Shown here one piece after another: positions 50,486-62,494 of a stretch of DNA of 64,000 nucleotides. The position numbers and the translations under genes were made by a program. The stretch comes from Squalus acanthias. Taxonomy: Eukaryota. How positions within the stretch are numbered: position 1 is the first letter of the stretch; every line of letters starts with the position of its first letter. The stretch spans positions 111,416,001 to 111,480,000 of the forward strand of contig CM059432.1 of the NCBI GenBank assembly GCA_030390025.1, written 5' to 3'. The notes below the pieces were generated by a model. It saw only the letters and a program-made list of their open reading frames with translations. It did not search any database and had not been told where the DNA came from.

Positions 50486-51375
50486 ACGTGAAGGATGATG
50501 CTGAACCGAAATAATTTAACTGAAAAAACATTGAACGAGTTAATTACCTCAGCAATCATAAATAATCTCCCAGATTTCTTTTTCTTCCATATTTCTGGAT
50601 TAGTTGTTTTCAAATAAGCAAAGCGGCAACCGCATATGGCAGAAGGGGCACAATTCCAACTCGTCTACCTCGCATGTGTGGGATAGTGACTGTACACTGC
50701 AAACTTCTTCTTTCTTGTTTGTCGCATTCTTCCTACCAGCAAGGAGATTACACAGCATCCTACCCACTCGGACCGATAACCTGCCCGCAAAAGGAATCTT
50801 CCTCTGACTCAATTTATCGGGAAGTGCCCATCCATCTTGTTGGGGACACCTTAAACACGAAACCTTTTCATTACAGGGTATACTCTTCCCATTCCCCCCC
50901 CCCCCCCCAAATTCACCCCTTCTGATTAAAACCTATTCTCTGCGCTTCTGCTGTGTCTGTGATCAGGTTGTTGTGTGGTCTGGAGATTGTGGTTGCAGTG
51001 CTGGAATGATCACCAGTTCTGTTGGTAGGAGGGCCACTGATAACATTCTGTAGTCCTCCCTTGTCTCGGAGTGCTTGTCATTTTCTATTATTCCAAGTAT
51101 GTACTGAACTATAATGATGTTGAACAGGCTTATATGACAGCCCAAAATAGTGTGAGAAAGTGCATGGATCCTTCGGCCTGTACTGTCTCAGGAATACCCA
51201 TTTTGAAGAACTGGAGGAGAGGGAGCAAAAGAGATTTATTCATGAGTTATTTTCGCCAATTCAACAACAACAACAACTTGTATTTATATAATTCAATGAG
51301 AGTCTTACTGCACAGGACCAAATTGACAAGTGACTCCCCAAACAAATGCACATGCTCCGCACCATTTTTGAAGAA

Positions 51376-52275
51376 GTTGTGAAGAGGATGTGAAGAGGCT
51401 TCAAGGGGATCTTGACAGGCTCAGTGAGTGGGCGAGAACATGGCAGATGGAATATAATGTGGATAAATGTGAAGTTAATCACTTTGATAGAAAAAACAGA
51501 AAGGCAGAGTATTTCCTAAATGGTGAAAGATTGGGGAATGCAGATGCTCAAAGGGACCTGGGTGTCCTTGTACATGAGTCACTGAAAGTGAATGTGCAGG
51601 TGCAGCAAGCCATTAGGAAGGCAAATGGTATGCTGGCCTTCATTACAAGAGGATTTGAGTACAGGAGTAAAGAAGTCTTACTCCAATTCTCTAGGGCCTT
51701 GGTGAGACCACACCTGGAGTACTGTGTACAGTTTTGGTCTCCTTACCTAAGGAAGGATATACTTGCCATAGAGGGAGTGCAACGAAGGTTCATGAGATTG
51801 ATTCCTGGGATGGCGGGACTGTCGTATGAGAAGAGATTGAGTAAACTAGGCCTGTATTCTCTTGAATTCAGAAGAATGAGAGGGAATCTCATTGAAACAT
51901 ACAAAATTATTACAGGGCTTGATAGGGTGGATGCTGGGAGAATGTTTCCCTTGGCTGGTGAGTCTAGAACCAGGGGCCACAGCCTCAGGATAAAGAGTAG
52001 GCCATTCAGGACTGAGATAAGAAGAAATTTCTTCACACACAGGGTGGTGAATCTTTGGAATTCTCTACCCCAGAGGGCTGTGGAGGCTCAGTCATTGGGT
52101 ATATTCAAAACAGAAGTCGATAGATTTCTGACTAGTAAGGGCATCAAGGGATATGGCGATAGGGCCGGTGAATGGAGTTGAGGCAGAAGATCAGCCATGA
52201 TCTCATTGAATGGCGGAGCAGGCTTGAAGGGCTGAATGGCCTACTTCTGCTCATATTTCTTATGTTATGTTCTTA
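51376..52275 (+). mobile_element. Young CR1 LINE, 5'-truncated, open 263-aa RT C-terminal ORF
   Basis: ORF 51390..52181, plus the CR1 tail. Confidence 0.93.
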
Positions 52276-52318
52276 TGACAATACTGTTGCTGAGATCTCC
52301 TTCATCAGAGGAGTTTCT

Positions 52319-52456
52319 TGGATACTTGAAGGGGAAAAATTTGCAGGGCTATGGGGAAAGGGCAGAGGAGTGGGACTAATTGGATAGCTCTTTCACAGAG
52401 CCGGCACAGACACAATGGGCTGAAAAGCCTCCTTCTGTGCTGTATCATTCTATGAT
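52319..52456 (+). mobile_element. CR1 3' tail terminating the 49945-52456 insert
   Basis: GCAGGGCTATGGGGAAAG..GTGGGACTAATTGGATAGCTC..CCTTCTGTGCTGTATCATTCTATGAT. Confidence 0.85.
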
Positions 52457-52983
52457 TCACCTGGTTCCATTCTTATCTATTCAATCATAGCCACCTACAG
52501 TGGCTTCTCTTCCCGCTCCCGCACCATTACCCCTGGACTCCCCCAAGGATCTATCCTTGGCCCCCCTCCTATTTCTCATCTTCCTGCCTCTTGGCGACAT
52601 CATCCACCAACACAGTGTAAGGCTCCACATGTATGCTGACGACATCCAGCTCTACCTCTCCACCACCTCTCTCGACCCCTCTACTATCTCTGATTTGTCA
52701 GACTGCTTGTTCAACATCCAGTACTGGATGAGCAGAAATTTCCTCCAACTAAATATTGGGAAGACCGAAGCTATTATCTTCAGTCCCTGCCACAAACTCC
52801 ATTCCCTAGCCACCGACTCCATCCCTCTCCCTGGCAACTGTCTGAGGCTGAACAGGACCGTTTTCAACCTAGGTGATGTACTTGACCCTGAGATGTGCTT
52901 TTGACCACATATAAGAACATAAGAAATAGGAGCAGGAGTAGACCAATCGGCCCCTCGAGCCTGCTCCGCCATTCAATGAGATC

Positions 52984-53406
52984 ATAGAAACATAGAATCT
53001 AGGAGCAGGAGTAGGCCATTCGGCCCGTCGAGCCTGCTCCACCATTCAATACGATCATGGCTGATCATCCAAATCTAGTACCCTGTCCCTGCTTTAATCC
53101 CCACAGTACACATATCCCACCCTACCCCTGTAACCCCACGTATTTAATTCCCCCCTAACATATCCCATCCTATCCTCATAACCCCACATATTTAATCCAC
53201 CCCTAACACTAAGGGTCAATTTATCATAGCCAATTCAACCTAACCCGCACATTTTTGGACTGTGGGAGGAAACCGGAGCACCCGGAGGAAACCCACGCAG
53301 ACACGGGGAGAATGTGCAAACTCCACACAGACAGTCACCCGAGGTCAGATTCGAACCCGGGTCCCTGGCGCTGTGAGGCACCAGTGCTAACCACTATGCC
53401 ACCGTG
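52984..53406 (-). mobile_element. HE1-type V-SINE: tRNA head, V-domain, CR1/HER1-derived tail
   Basis: Minus strand has TGGCATAGTGGTTAGCAC (A box), GGTTCGAATC (B box) and V-domain GTGTGGAGTTTGCACATTCTCCCCGTGTCTGCGTGGGTTTCCTCCGGGTGCTCCGGTTTCCTCCCACA. The tail matches the CR1 3' UTR. Confidence 0.9.
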
Positions 53407-53445
53407 TTGGATCAGATCATGGCTGATCTGATCCAACCTCAACTC

Positions 53446-54020
53446 TAAAGAACACAAGAAGCAGGAGCAGGACCAGGCCACTCGGCCCCTGGGCCCGCTA
53501 CGCCACCCACAGGGCCCTGATCGATCCGAACTCAAACTCATGTCCAATTTCCAGCCCGCTCCCCATAACCCCTAATTCCCTTTACTTCTAGGAAACGGTC
53601 TATTTCTGTTTTAAATTTATTTAATGAAGTAGCTTCCACAGCTTCCTGGGGTAGCAAATTCCACAGACCCACTACCCTCTGAGTGAAAAAGTTTCTCCTC
53701 ATCTCAGTTTTGAAAGAGCAGCCCCTTATTCTAAGTTTATGTCCCCTAGTTCTAGTTTCACCCATCATTGGGAACATCCTCACCGCGTCCACCCGATCAA
53801 GCCCTTTCACAATCTTATATGTTTCAATAAGATCGCCTCTCATTCTTCTGAACTCCAATGAGTAGAGTCCCAATCTACTCAACCTCTCCTCGTATGTCCA
53901 CCCCCTCATCCCCGGAATTAATCGAGTGAACCTTCTTTGTACTGCCTCGAGAGCAAGTATGTCTTTTCTTAAGTATGGACACCAAAACTGTATGCAGTAC
54001 TCCAGGTGCGGTCTCACCAT
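53446..54020 (-). mobile_element. Young CR1 3' fragment
   Basis: ORF 53538..54029 is nearly identical to the 43800-44285 region. Confidence 0.92.
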
Positions 54021-55039
54021 ATCTGCCACATGCCGTTGTTACCTCTAGACTTGACTATTCCAACGCACTCCTGGCCGGCCTCCCATCTTCCACCCTACGT
54101 AAACTTGAGGTCATCCAAAACTCTGCTGCCGGTGTCTTAACTTACATCAAGTCCCGTTCACTCATCACACACATTGGCTCCCAGTTAAGCAACGCCTCGA
54201 TTTTAAAATTCTCATCCTTGTTTTCAAATCCCTCCATGACTTCGCCTCTCCCTCGATTTTAAAATTCTCATCCTTGTTTTCAAATCCCTCCATGGCCTCG
54301 CCTCTCCCTATCTCTGTAACCTCTACCAGCCCTGCAACCTTCCCAGATCTCTGCGCTCCTCCAATTCTGGCCACTTGCGCATCCAGTTTTAATCCTCATC
54401 CTTGTAACGCTCCCGTGAAGCGCCTTGGGACATATTTGACGTTAAAGGTGTTCTATGAATGCAAGTTGTTGTTTTAAGGTTTTTAAATTTTGACAAGGTA
54501 ATGGAGGAGTTTTGGATTCGAGTAATAATTTGATATTTCCTTAAGAGTTTTGGATTGAGGTATTTTCTGTACATAACATATCATTCAGTTTCATTTTAAA
54601 AATGTCATGTGTACAAAAGCTGACAGATGCAATCTCTGATCCAAATCTGTATTTGCTGTAATGTACTTATACTGAGGAAAAAGTCTTGAGGTTGGTATAA
54701 TTACATGCGATTTGAAGTCTCAAGTGGCATTTCTGCACCAAAATAAAAGAAACCTTTTGATGTCTGAAATAACATTTTTCTTTCTGTTTGTCAAAGAATG
54801 CTTTGGATCAGAGGAACACTTCAGAATATCCCTCAAGTATTCATGAATAACCTTTATTCTCTGCATCTCTTTTGAACAATACAGATAATTCTAACCAAGT
54901 ATTTTACTTTAAATAAGTGTTTTGCCTCTTGATTTAGAGCCACCGTCTTCAAGATATTTTCCAAGGCTGGGCACATCCTCTTCCCCCCTCACTCCCATAC
55001 TTAAACCACCTCTTTGAGCAAGCCTTTGGTCACCCTTCA

Positions 55040-56350
55040 TAATGGCCTGGAATGGCGGAACTGTCAGCGTTCGCCGTCATTACCCCCTGAAACTGGGCTC
55101 AGCTTCAGGATTTAGCACGTGCGCAGATAAACGCGGAAATACAGAAGTTGCGGTCAGTCATTCCCTGCAACGTCACAAGTTGCGCTATGAAACTCCCCAT
55201 AGCCAGCAATCAATTCAAATCACACTGAAGGATGAAAACTTCCCCTATTACGCTGGAATAATGCTGGTTATTGCCCAAAAAAGTTGAGCCTTTTTTTTTT
55301 ATGGCGTATTGACTGCTGAACAACCGTTCTGGCCCTGAAAAACTAATTTTATACTTGTGGAATGTCAATTTTTTCCCTTAATATGATTAAGAATTACAAG
55401 TTTTTAAAATAATTTTTTTAATGTTTGTTTGCTATTTCAGCTTCTACTTTAATTTTATGTGTATGCCCCAATCTTTATTTCGCTCTCTGCAAATTTTACA
55501 AAAAGTAAATTAGAATTTGTGCATTTTACTTCCTGGTTTGCTGTCTGTGAGAATACTTAAATGTGATTGGCTGCGTAGCCAGCTTGATGACATCACTGTT
55601 GGTGGACGCTGGAGATTCGCTTGATTTGGCTCCAGATTCAAACTAAGGTCAGCAGAGCTGAAATTGATGCCACAGAGATCGCTAGATTGTGCACAAGGAT
55701 GATTAGTTGACTTTTGTATGCAATATGGCATGCTTTGATTTATAAATTTGCTTTGGAATGTTTATTTTGTGTTAGCTTTTATTTTTGCATTGTGCCAAGT
55801 GGACACTGTGATGGTCAGTGACAGAGGAAAGGTAAGGTGTGGGACTGTTGGTGATTGGGGAATTGGGGCAACCCGGGCAGAAATGTGCTCTCTAAGTTGC
55901 TTCATCCCTTCCTCTTCCTCTTCCTGTTCCTCCTCCTCCTCCTGTTCCTCAGCTGGTTGCCGTACAGCTGGTGGTAAGGGCTGTACCTCCATGATGGCGA
56001 GGTTGTGCAGCATGCAGCAGACCACCATGAATCTTGACACCAGATCTGCCGAGTATGGCAAGGCTCCTCCAGAGCGGTCCAGGCAGCGGAGGCGTTGCTT
56101 CTGCACGCTAATGGTCTGTTCATTGATATTTTGTGTGGCAGCATTATATGCATGCTGTCAGTTGCGCACCAGAGTATGAGCCATATTGTCAATGGATAAT
56201 CCTGGTCACCCTCTGGTTTGTCATGGTGGCTCAAATGCATATGGTGCAGCGGACTGCCGCAGGATGAAGGCATCATGACTGCTGCCAGGATACCGAGCAT
56301 TCAATTATCATGTCGTTAGAAAGGTACTTACACTATTAGATTCCAGCCCT
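55040..56350 (-). mobile_element. Internally deleted Harbinger remnant (transposase C-terminus)
   Basis: KQRLRCLDRSGGALPYSADLVSRFMVVCCMLHNLA plus an acidic tail. Possible TIRs TGGCCTGGAAT and ATTCCAGCCCT are weak. Confidence 0.75.
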
Positions 56351-56439
56351 AATTTTCTGCAGTGAGTTTAATGGACAATTAATGTGTAAATCCAGAGAAA
56401 CATAGGAACAGGAGTAGGCCATTCAGCCCCTCGAGCCTG

Positions 56440-57020
56440 TTTTTTTAAAATTTGTTTATGGGATGGGGGCGTCGCTGGCAAGGCCAGCATTTATTGCCCA
56501 TCCCTAATTGCCCTTGAGAAGGTGAGCTGCCTTCTTGAACCGCTGCAGTCTGTGTGGTGAAGGTACTCCCACAGTGCTGTTAGGTTGGGAGTTCCAGGAC
56601 TTTGACCCAGCGATGATAAAGGAACGGCGACATATTTCCAAGTCAGGATGGTGTGTGACTTGGGGAACTTGGAGGTGGTGGTGTTCCCATGCGCCTGCTG
56701 CCCTTGTCCTTCTAGGTGGTAGAGGGTGCGGGTTTGGGAGGAGCTGCCGAAGAAGTCTTGGCGAGTTGCTGCAGTGCATCTTGTAGATGCTACACACTGC
56801 AGCCACGGTACACCGGTAGAGGGAGTGAATGTTTAAGGTGGTGGATGGGGTGCCAATCAAGCGGGTTGCTTTGTCCTGGATGGTGTCGAGCTTCTTGAGT
56901 GTTGTTGGAGCTGTACTCATCCAGGCAAGTGGAGAGTATTCCATCACACTCCTGACTTGTGCCTTGCAGATGGTGGAAAGGCTTTGGGGAGTCAGGAGGT
57001 GAGATGCTCACTGCAGAATA
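56440..57020 (-). mobile_element. Second CR1-group (Zenon-like) LINE 3' end, inserted in a CR1 tail
   Basis: MEYSPLAWMSTAPTTLKKLDTIQDKATRLIG. The CR1 tail resumes on both sides (GAGCCTGT | CCGCCATTCAATGAG). Confidence 0.82.
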
Positions 57021-58410
57021 CCGCCATTCAATGAGATCATGGCTGATCTGCAACCTAACTACATATACCCGCCTTTGGCCCATATCGCTCAATACCTTTG
57101 GTAAACAGAAAGCTATCAATCTCAGATTTAAAATTTACAATTGATCTAGCATCAAGTGCCATTTACAGAAGAGAGTTCCAAAAATCTACCACCCTTTGTG
57201 TGTAGAAGTGTTTCCTAATTTCACTCCTGAAAGGCCTGGCTCTAATTTTTAGACTATGCCCCCTAGTCCTAGACTCTCCAACCAGCGGAAATAGTTTCTC
57301 TCTATCTACCCTATCTGTTCCCCTTAATATCTTGAAAACTTCAATCATATCACCCCTTAACCTTCTAAATTCTAGGGAATATGACCCTAATTTGTTTAAT
57401 CTCTCCTCGTAATTTAACCCTTGAAGTCCAGGTATCATTCTAGTAAACCTACACTGCACTCCTACCAAGGCCCATACATCCTTCCCAAGGTGTGGTGCCC
57501 AGAACTGCTCACAGTACTCCAGGTGTGGTCTAACCAGGGTTTTGTACAGCTGCAGCATAACTTCTACCCCCTTGTATTCTAGTCCTCCAGATATATAGGC
57601 CAGCATTCCATTAGCCTTTTTGATTATTTTCTGTACCTGTTCATGACATTTTAATGATCTCTGTACCTGGACCACTAAGTCTCTTTGGACCTCCACTGAT
57701 TTTAGCTTTACAGCATTTGTAAAGTACCCTGTTCTATCCTTTTTAGGTCCCAAGTGGATGACCTCATTTGCCTACATTGAAATCCATTTGCCACAGTTTT
57801 GCCCATTCACTTAATCTGTCGATATCCCTTTGTAATTTTATGCTTTCATCGACACTGCCTACAATGCTGCCTATCTTTGTGTCATCGGCAAAGTTGGATA
57901 AGTGGCTTTCTATGCCATCATCTGAGTCGTTAATAAATACTGTGAATAGTTGAGGCCCCAACACACATCCCTGCGGGACACCACTAGTCACATCCTGCCC
58001 ATTAGAGTACCTGCCCATTATCACTACTCTCTGTCTCCTGCCGCTCAGCCAATTTCCTAACCAGTTCAATAATTTGCCTTCAATTCCGTAGGCTTCTACC
58101 TTGGTTAACAGTCTTTTATGTGGGACTTTATCAAATGCCTTCTGGACGTCCATATAAATAACATCCATAGACATTCCCCTGTCCACTACTTTAGTCACCT
58201 CTTCAAAAAATTCAGTCAGGTTCATCAGGCATGACCTACCTTTCACAAATCCATGCTGGCTCTCTCTGATCAACTGAAAATTTTCGAGGTGTTCAGTCAC
58301 CCTATCCTTAATTATAGGCTCTAGCAATTTCCCGACAACAGATGTTAGGCTAACTGGTCGATAATTCCCTGGTTTCCTTCTCTTGCCATTCTTAAATAGC
58401 AGAGTGACAG
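57020..58410 (-). mobile_element. CR1 LINE RT and 3' end (tail remainder at 56395-56440)
   Basis: ORFs 57764..58327 and 57163..57753 carry all CR1 RT motifs. Confidence 0.92.
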
Positions 58411-59424
58411 CAAGTTCTTAAAAATAGTGGGGATGCTGAGGACCTGATACCGTTTATGCGACGCCAATCGACCAGCAAGTTCTGGAGATTTGCAACTCAC
58501 GGTATAGCTCTTCGTCCCCTGAACTCGCTGGCTAATTTGCGCATTAATAACGGCGTGCGTCGTTGTCTCGCCGTTATTTTCCCAACAAGATCCAGCCCAT
58601 TTTATGTGGTTTTGCCTTCCTTTCTCTGTGTTGAGTACTTGCACCGTAAAATACATCAGCAAAACATATTTGTGTGCATTTTTATTCTGTTCTTTTTAGA
58701 AAAATCGGTATTATTTCAGGTGGTGCAGTTGGCCACAGATTCAGGTCCTGCAATCACCCCGCACCATTCGGTTCCCAATCATGGCACGCTGAGTGAAAGG
58801 AGTCAAAATATTTCCTACAGGGTGGGAAGAAAAATCAGAGATTGGTGCAGCAGGCTGGTATTGTCCAATACGTTATCCACAAGTGGCTAATTTGGAATGC
58901 AGATCAAAATTGCATTCCTGAGCAGTACATAAATAATAAGCAATAGACACAGTCGTTGGGCACGTGATTGCAATACTCCGAGTCGCACAGCATAAGCATG
59001 TGTACTTTAATCTATTTCATCCCTATATGTATTCTGTTTAAGGTCAGTTGTTGTGCTGACAAATCAAACTTAATCTGTCAGTTGCTCACAGTTTGGACAG
59101 CCCTACAGATTACTGATGTCTTTGCTTGGTGAATGGCGAATGAGAAGTTACCCGATCAAGCATTTCATTTGTGTTTACCACCACAGTGGCTGGAGTTTAG
59201 GGAAATAGATTTTGAGCAAATGTAGTTTGTATCTTTTGCACTTGTTTGCAGAATATTTATTTCCATTTATGCAGATCTTGTTTTTTATTTGGAGCCAGAG
59301 AGAGCATTTGCTCTTTATTACTGTGGCCCCAGTCTTTCCTCAGTTAGGCAGCATGGTTTGAGGGCAGGTTCTGGGTATAGTCAATTGAATGAATGTTTCT
59401 TAACCACATCCTATATAGGGACCT

Positions 59425-59850
59425 TTTTTTTTTATTCGTTCATGGGATGTGGGCGTCGCTGGCAAGGCCAGCATTTATTGCCCATCCCTAATTGCCCTTG
59501 AGAAGGTGGTGGTGAGCTGCCTTATACAACTGAGTGGCTTGCTAGGCCATTTCAGAGGGCAGTTAAGAATCAACCACATTGCTGTGGGTCTGGAGTCACA
59601 TATAGGCCAGACTGGGTAAGGACAGCAGATTTCCTTCCCTAAAGGACATTGGTGAACCAGATGGGTTTTTACGACAATCCAGTAGTTTCATGGTCACCAT
59701 TACTGATAGTAGCTTTTTATTCCAGATTTATTTAATTAACTGAATTTAAATTCCCCAGCTGCCATGGTGGGATTTGAACTCATGTCTCCGGATCATTGGT
59801 CCAGGCCTCTGGATTACTAGTCCAATAACATAAGCACTAGCCTACCGTAC
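59425..59850 (-). mobile_element. tRNA-derived SINE whose tail is shared with the Zenon-like LINE
   Basis: Minus-strand head GTACGGTAGGCTAGTG..GAGTTCAAATCCCACC. The last ~100 nt match the LINE 3' ends at 31050-31140 and 56455-56535. Confidence 0.8.
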
Positions 59851-60863
59851 AGATAATAAACACTTAATGTAATTTCTCAGACACGTGATGATATCCTCTC
59901 CACTGGGATATGTCATATACTTTCTCTTGTCCTGCAGGCGTGCATATATGACAGAGCTGGACTTGGCTTTAGTAAGAGACTGTTCCAGAATGAAACAACT
60001 GAAATGGATAAGCTATGGAGGGGGTCAACGACTGGAAGGTAATCTTTGTAGAATAAGTAATACTTTAATTTAGTTACGTTTAAATGAAAAAAAATCTGTC
60101 CTTAATTTGGCAATATTTTTTAGTTTGTGTTTTATATTTTGAGACTGTTGTCTGTCTTTAACCATTATTTAAAAAAAAAAATCTTTCATGGGATGTGAGC
60201 TGCCGCCTTGAACCGCTGAAGTCCGTGTGGTGAAGGTACTCCCACAGTGCTGTTAGGGAGGGAGTTCCAGGATTTTGACCCAGTGACGATGAAGGACCGG
60301 CGATATATTTCCAAGTCAGGATGGTGTGTGACTTCGAGGGGAACTTGGAGGTGCTGGTGTTCCCATGCGCCTGCTGCCCTTGTCCTTCTAGGCGGTAGAG
60401 GTTGCTGGTCTGGGAGGTGTTGCCGAAGGAGCCTTGGCAAGTTGCTGCAGTGCATCTTGTAGATGGTACACACTGCAGCCACGGCACGCCGGTGGTGGAG
60501 GAAGTGAATGTTTAAGGTGGTGGATGGGCTGTCAATCAAGCGGGCTGCTTTGTCCTGGATGGTGTCGAGCTTCTTGAGTGTTGTTGGAGCTGCACTCATC
60601 CAGGCAAGTGGAGAGTATTCCATCACACTCCTGACTTGTGCCTTGTAGATGGTGGAAAGGCTTTGGGGAGTCAGGAGGTGAGACACTTGCCGCAGAATAC
60701 CCAGCCTCTGACCTGCTCTTGTTGCCACAGAATTTATGTGGCTGGTCCAGTTAAGTTTCTGGTCAATGGTGACCCCCCCAGGATGTTGATGGTGGGGGAT
60801 TCGGCGATGGTAATGCCAATGAATGTCAAGGGGCGGTGTTTAGACACTCGCTTGTTGGAGATA

Positions 60864-61705
60864 AAAATGAGAAGTCGCACAACACCAGGTTATAGTCCAA
60901 CAGATTTATTTAATTTTACAAGCTTTCGGAGCAGTTCGCTCCTTCGTCAGGTAAGTTTAGCAGTGAGAGAATCTCCCAGAATTCACAATTTAAACACAGA
61001 CAAAATATATTCAAATCTTTCCCACATCAAAGAGCATAGCCAAGACAATGAGATGTGTCCCAGGGGGTCCAACGTGTCAAACCACCTGCTGGCTGCATAT
61101 CCTGTCAATCTGTGTAGGTTCTTGTGTTAGCCTTTTTTAAAAAAAAACACCTGGGAAGACCGGCCATGATGTCAAGTCACGCTCTGTATCGTGACATGAA
61201 CCCGATATCGCGATTGAGGCCCTCCTCATGAGTGCGGAACTTGGCTATCAGTTTCTGCTCTATGATTTTGCGCTGTCGTGTATTTCGAAGGCCGCCTTGG
61301 AGAACGCTTACCCGCATATCCGAGGCTGAATGCCCCTGGCTGCTGAAGTGTTCCCCGACTGGGAGGCAACCCTCCTGCCTGGCGATTGTTGCGCGGTGTC
61401 CGTTCATACGTTGTCTCAGTGTCTGCATGGTCTCGCCGATGTACCATGCTCTGGAGCATCCTTTACTGCAACGTATCAGGTAGACAACGTTGGCCGAGTC
61501 ACATGAGTATGTACCGTGTACCTGGTGGGTAGTGTCCTCACGTGTGATGATGGTATCTGTGTCCATGATTTGGCATGTCTTGCAGAGGTTGCCGTGGCAG
61601 GGTTGTGTGGTGTCTTGGTTGCTGTTCGCCTGAAAGATGGGTAATCTGCTGCGAACGATGGTACTTTTGAGGTTAGGCGGCTGCTTGAAGGCGAGTAGTG
61701 GAGGC
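60864..61705 (-). mobile_element. Penelope-like element (GIY-YIG and pLTR), 10-bp TSD
   Basis: TSD GTTGGAGATA at 60854-60863 and 61706-61715. ORF 61177..61566 has NVVYLIRC..WYIGET..GLNRD. Confidence 0.92.
60916..60954 (-). ncRNA. Minimal hammerhead ribozyme
   Basis: Minus strand reads TTAC CTGACGA A GGAGC GAACT GCTCC GAAA GC TT GTAA. Confidence 0.85.
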
Positions 61706-62494
61706 GTTGGAGATAGTCATTGCCTGGCACTTGTGTGGCGCGAATGTTACCTGCCACTTATCAATCCAAGCCTGAACGTTGTCCAGGTGTTGCTGCATGC
61801 GGGCATGGAATGCTTCATTATCTGAGGAGTTGCGAATGGCGGTGAACACTATGCAGTCATCAGCGAACATCCCCATTTCTGACCTTATGATGGAGGGAAG
61901 GTCATTGATGAAGCAGCTGAAGATGTTTGGGCCTAGGACACTGCCCTGAGGAAGTCCTGCAGCAATGTCCTGGGGCAGTGATGATTGACCTTCAACCACC
62001 ACAGCAATCTTCCTTTGTGCTAGGTATGACTCCAGCTAGTGGAGAGTATTCCACCCGATTCCCATTGACTTCAATTTTACAAGGGCTCCTTAATGCCACA
62101 CTCGGTCAAATGCTGCCTTGATGTCCAGTCACTCTCACCTCACCTCTGGAATTCAGCTCTTTTGTCCATGTTTGGACCAAGGCTGTAATGAGGTCTGGAG
62201 CCGAGTGGTCCTTGCGGAACCCAAACCGGGCATCAGTGAGCAGGTTATTTATTGGTAAGTGCTGCTTGGTAGCACTGTCGATGACACCTTCCATCACTTT
62301 GCTGATGATTGAGATGATGAATATTCCCTCCTGACCCCTCTGAATATAGAGAGTGAAACTGTGGTCCCCACTAAGTTCCTGACTGTTAGGAGAAAGCATC
62401 AAGTTGTATGTAGAGTCGACTTCTCTTAATTGAAAGTTATTTAATTCAATTTGTCTGATAATTCAAAGTGATAATTTAATCAAGTTGAAAGAAA

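Larger units (their letters stand above)
48810..54475 (+). mobile_element. L2 LINE (ORF2 and 3' end) broken into 48810-49944, 52457-52910 and 54020-54475 by later insertions
   Basis: RSISNLPFLSKV, SGFRPSQSIETVLLKVTNDIL, DLSVVFDTVDH, GGTAL|TWFHSYL across the junction, LHMYADDIQLYLS, FLQLNIGKTE and VTSRLDYSNALLAGLP. The tail is GTTGTTGTT. Confidence 0.88.
60165..62315 (-). mobile_element. Zenon-like CR1-group LINE (RT and 3' end) split by a Penelope insertion
   Basis: [34 protein letters not shown] and IYKAQVRSVMEYSPLAW. Confidence 0.88.

Noticed and set aside
54195..54312. Functional direct repeat (~56 bp x2)
   Set aside because: It is a simple local tandem duplication within a dead L2 3' region.
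50400..59850. tRNA genes at ~35270-35340, 50410-50485, 53335-53406 and 59770-59850
   Set aside because: The A and B boxes are SINE heads followed by SINE bodies and LINE-derived tails, with no complete cloverleaf.
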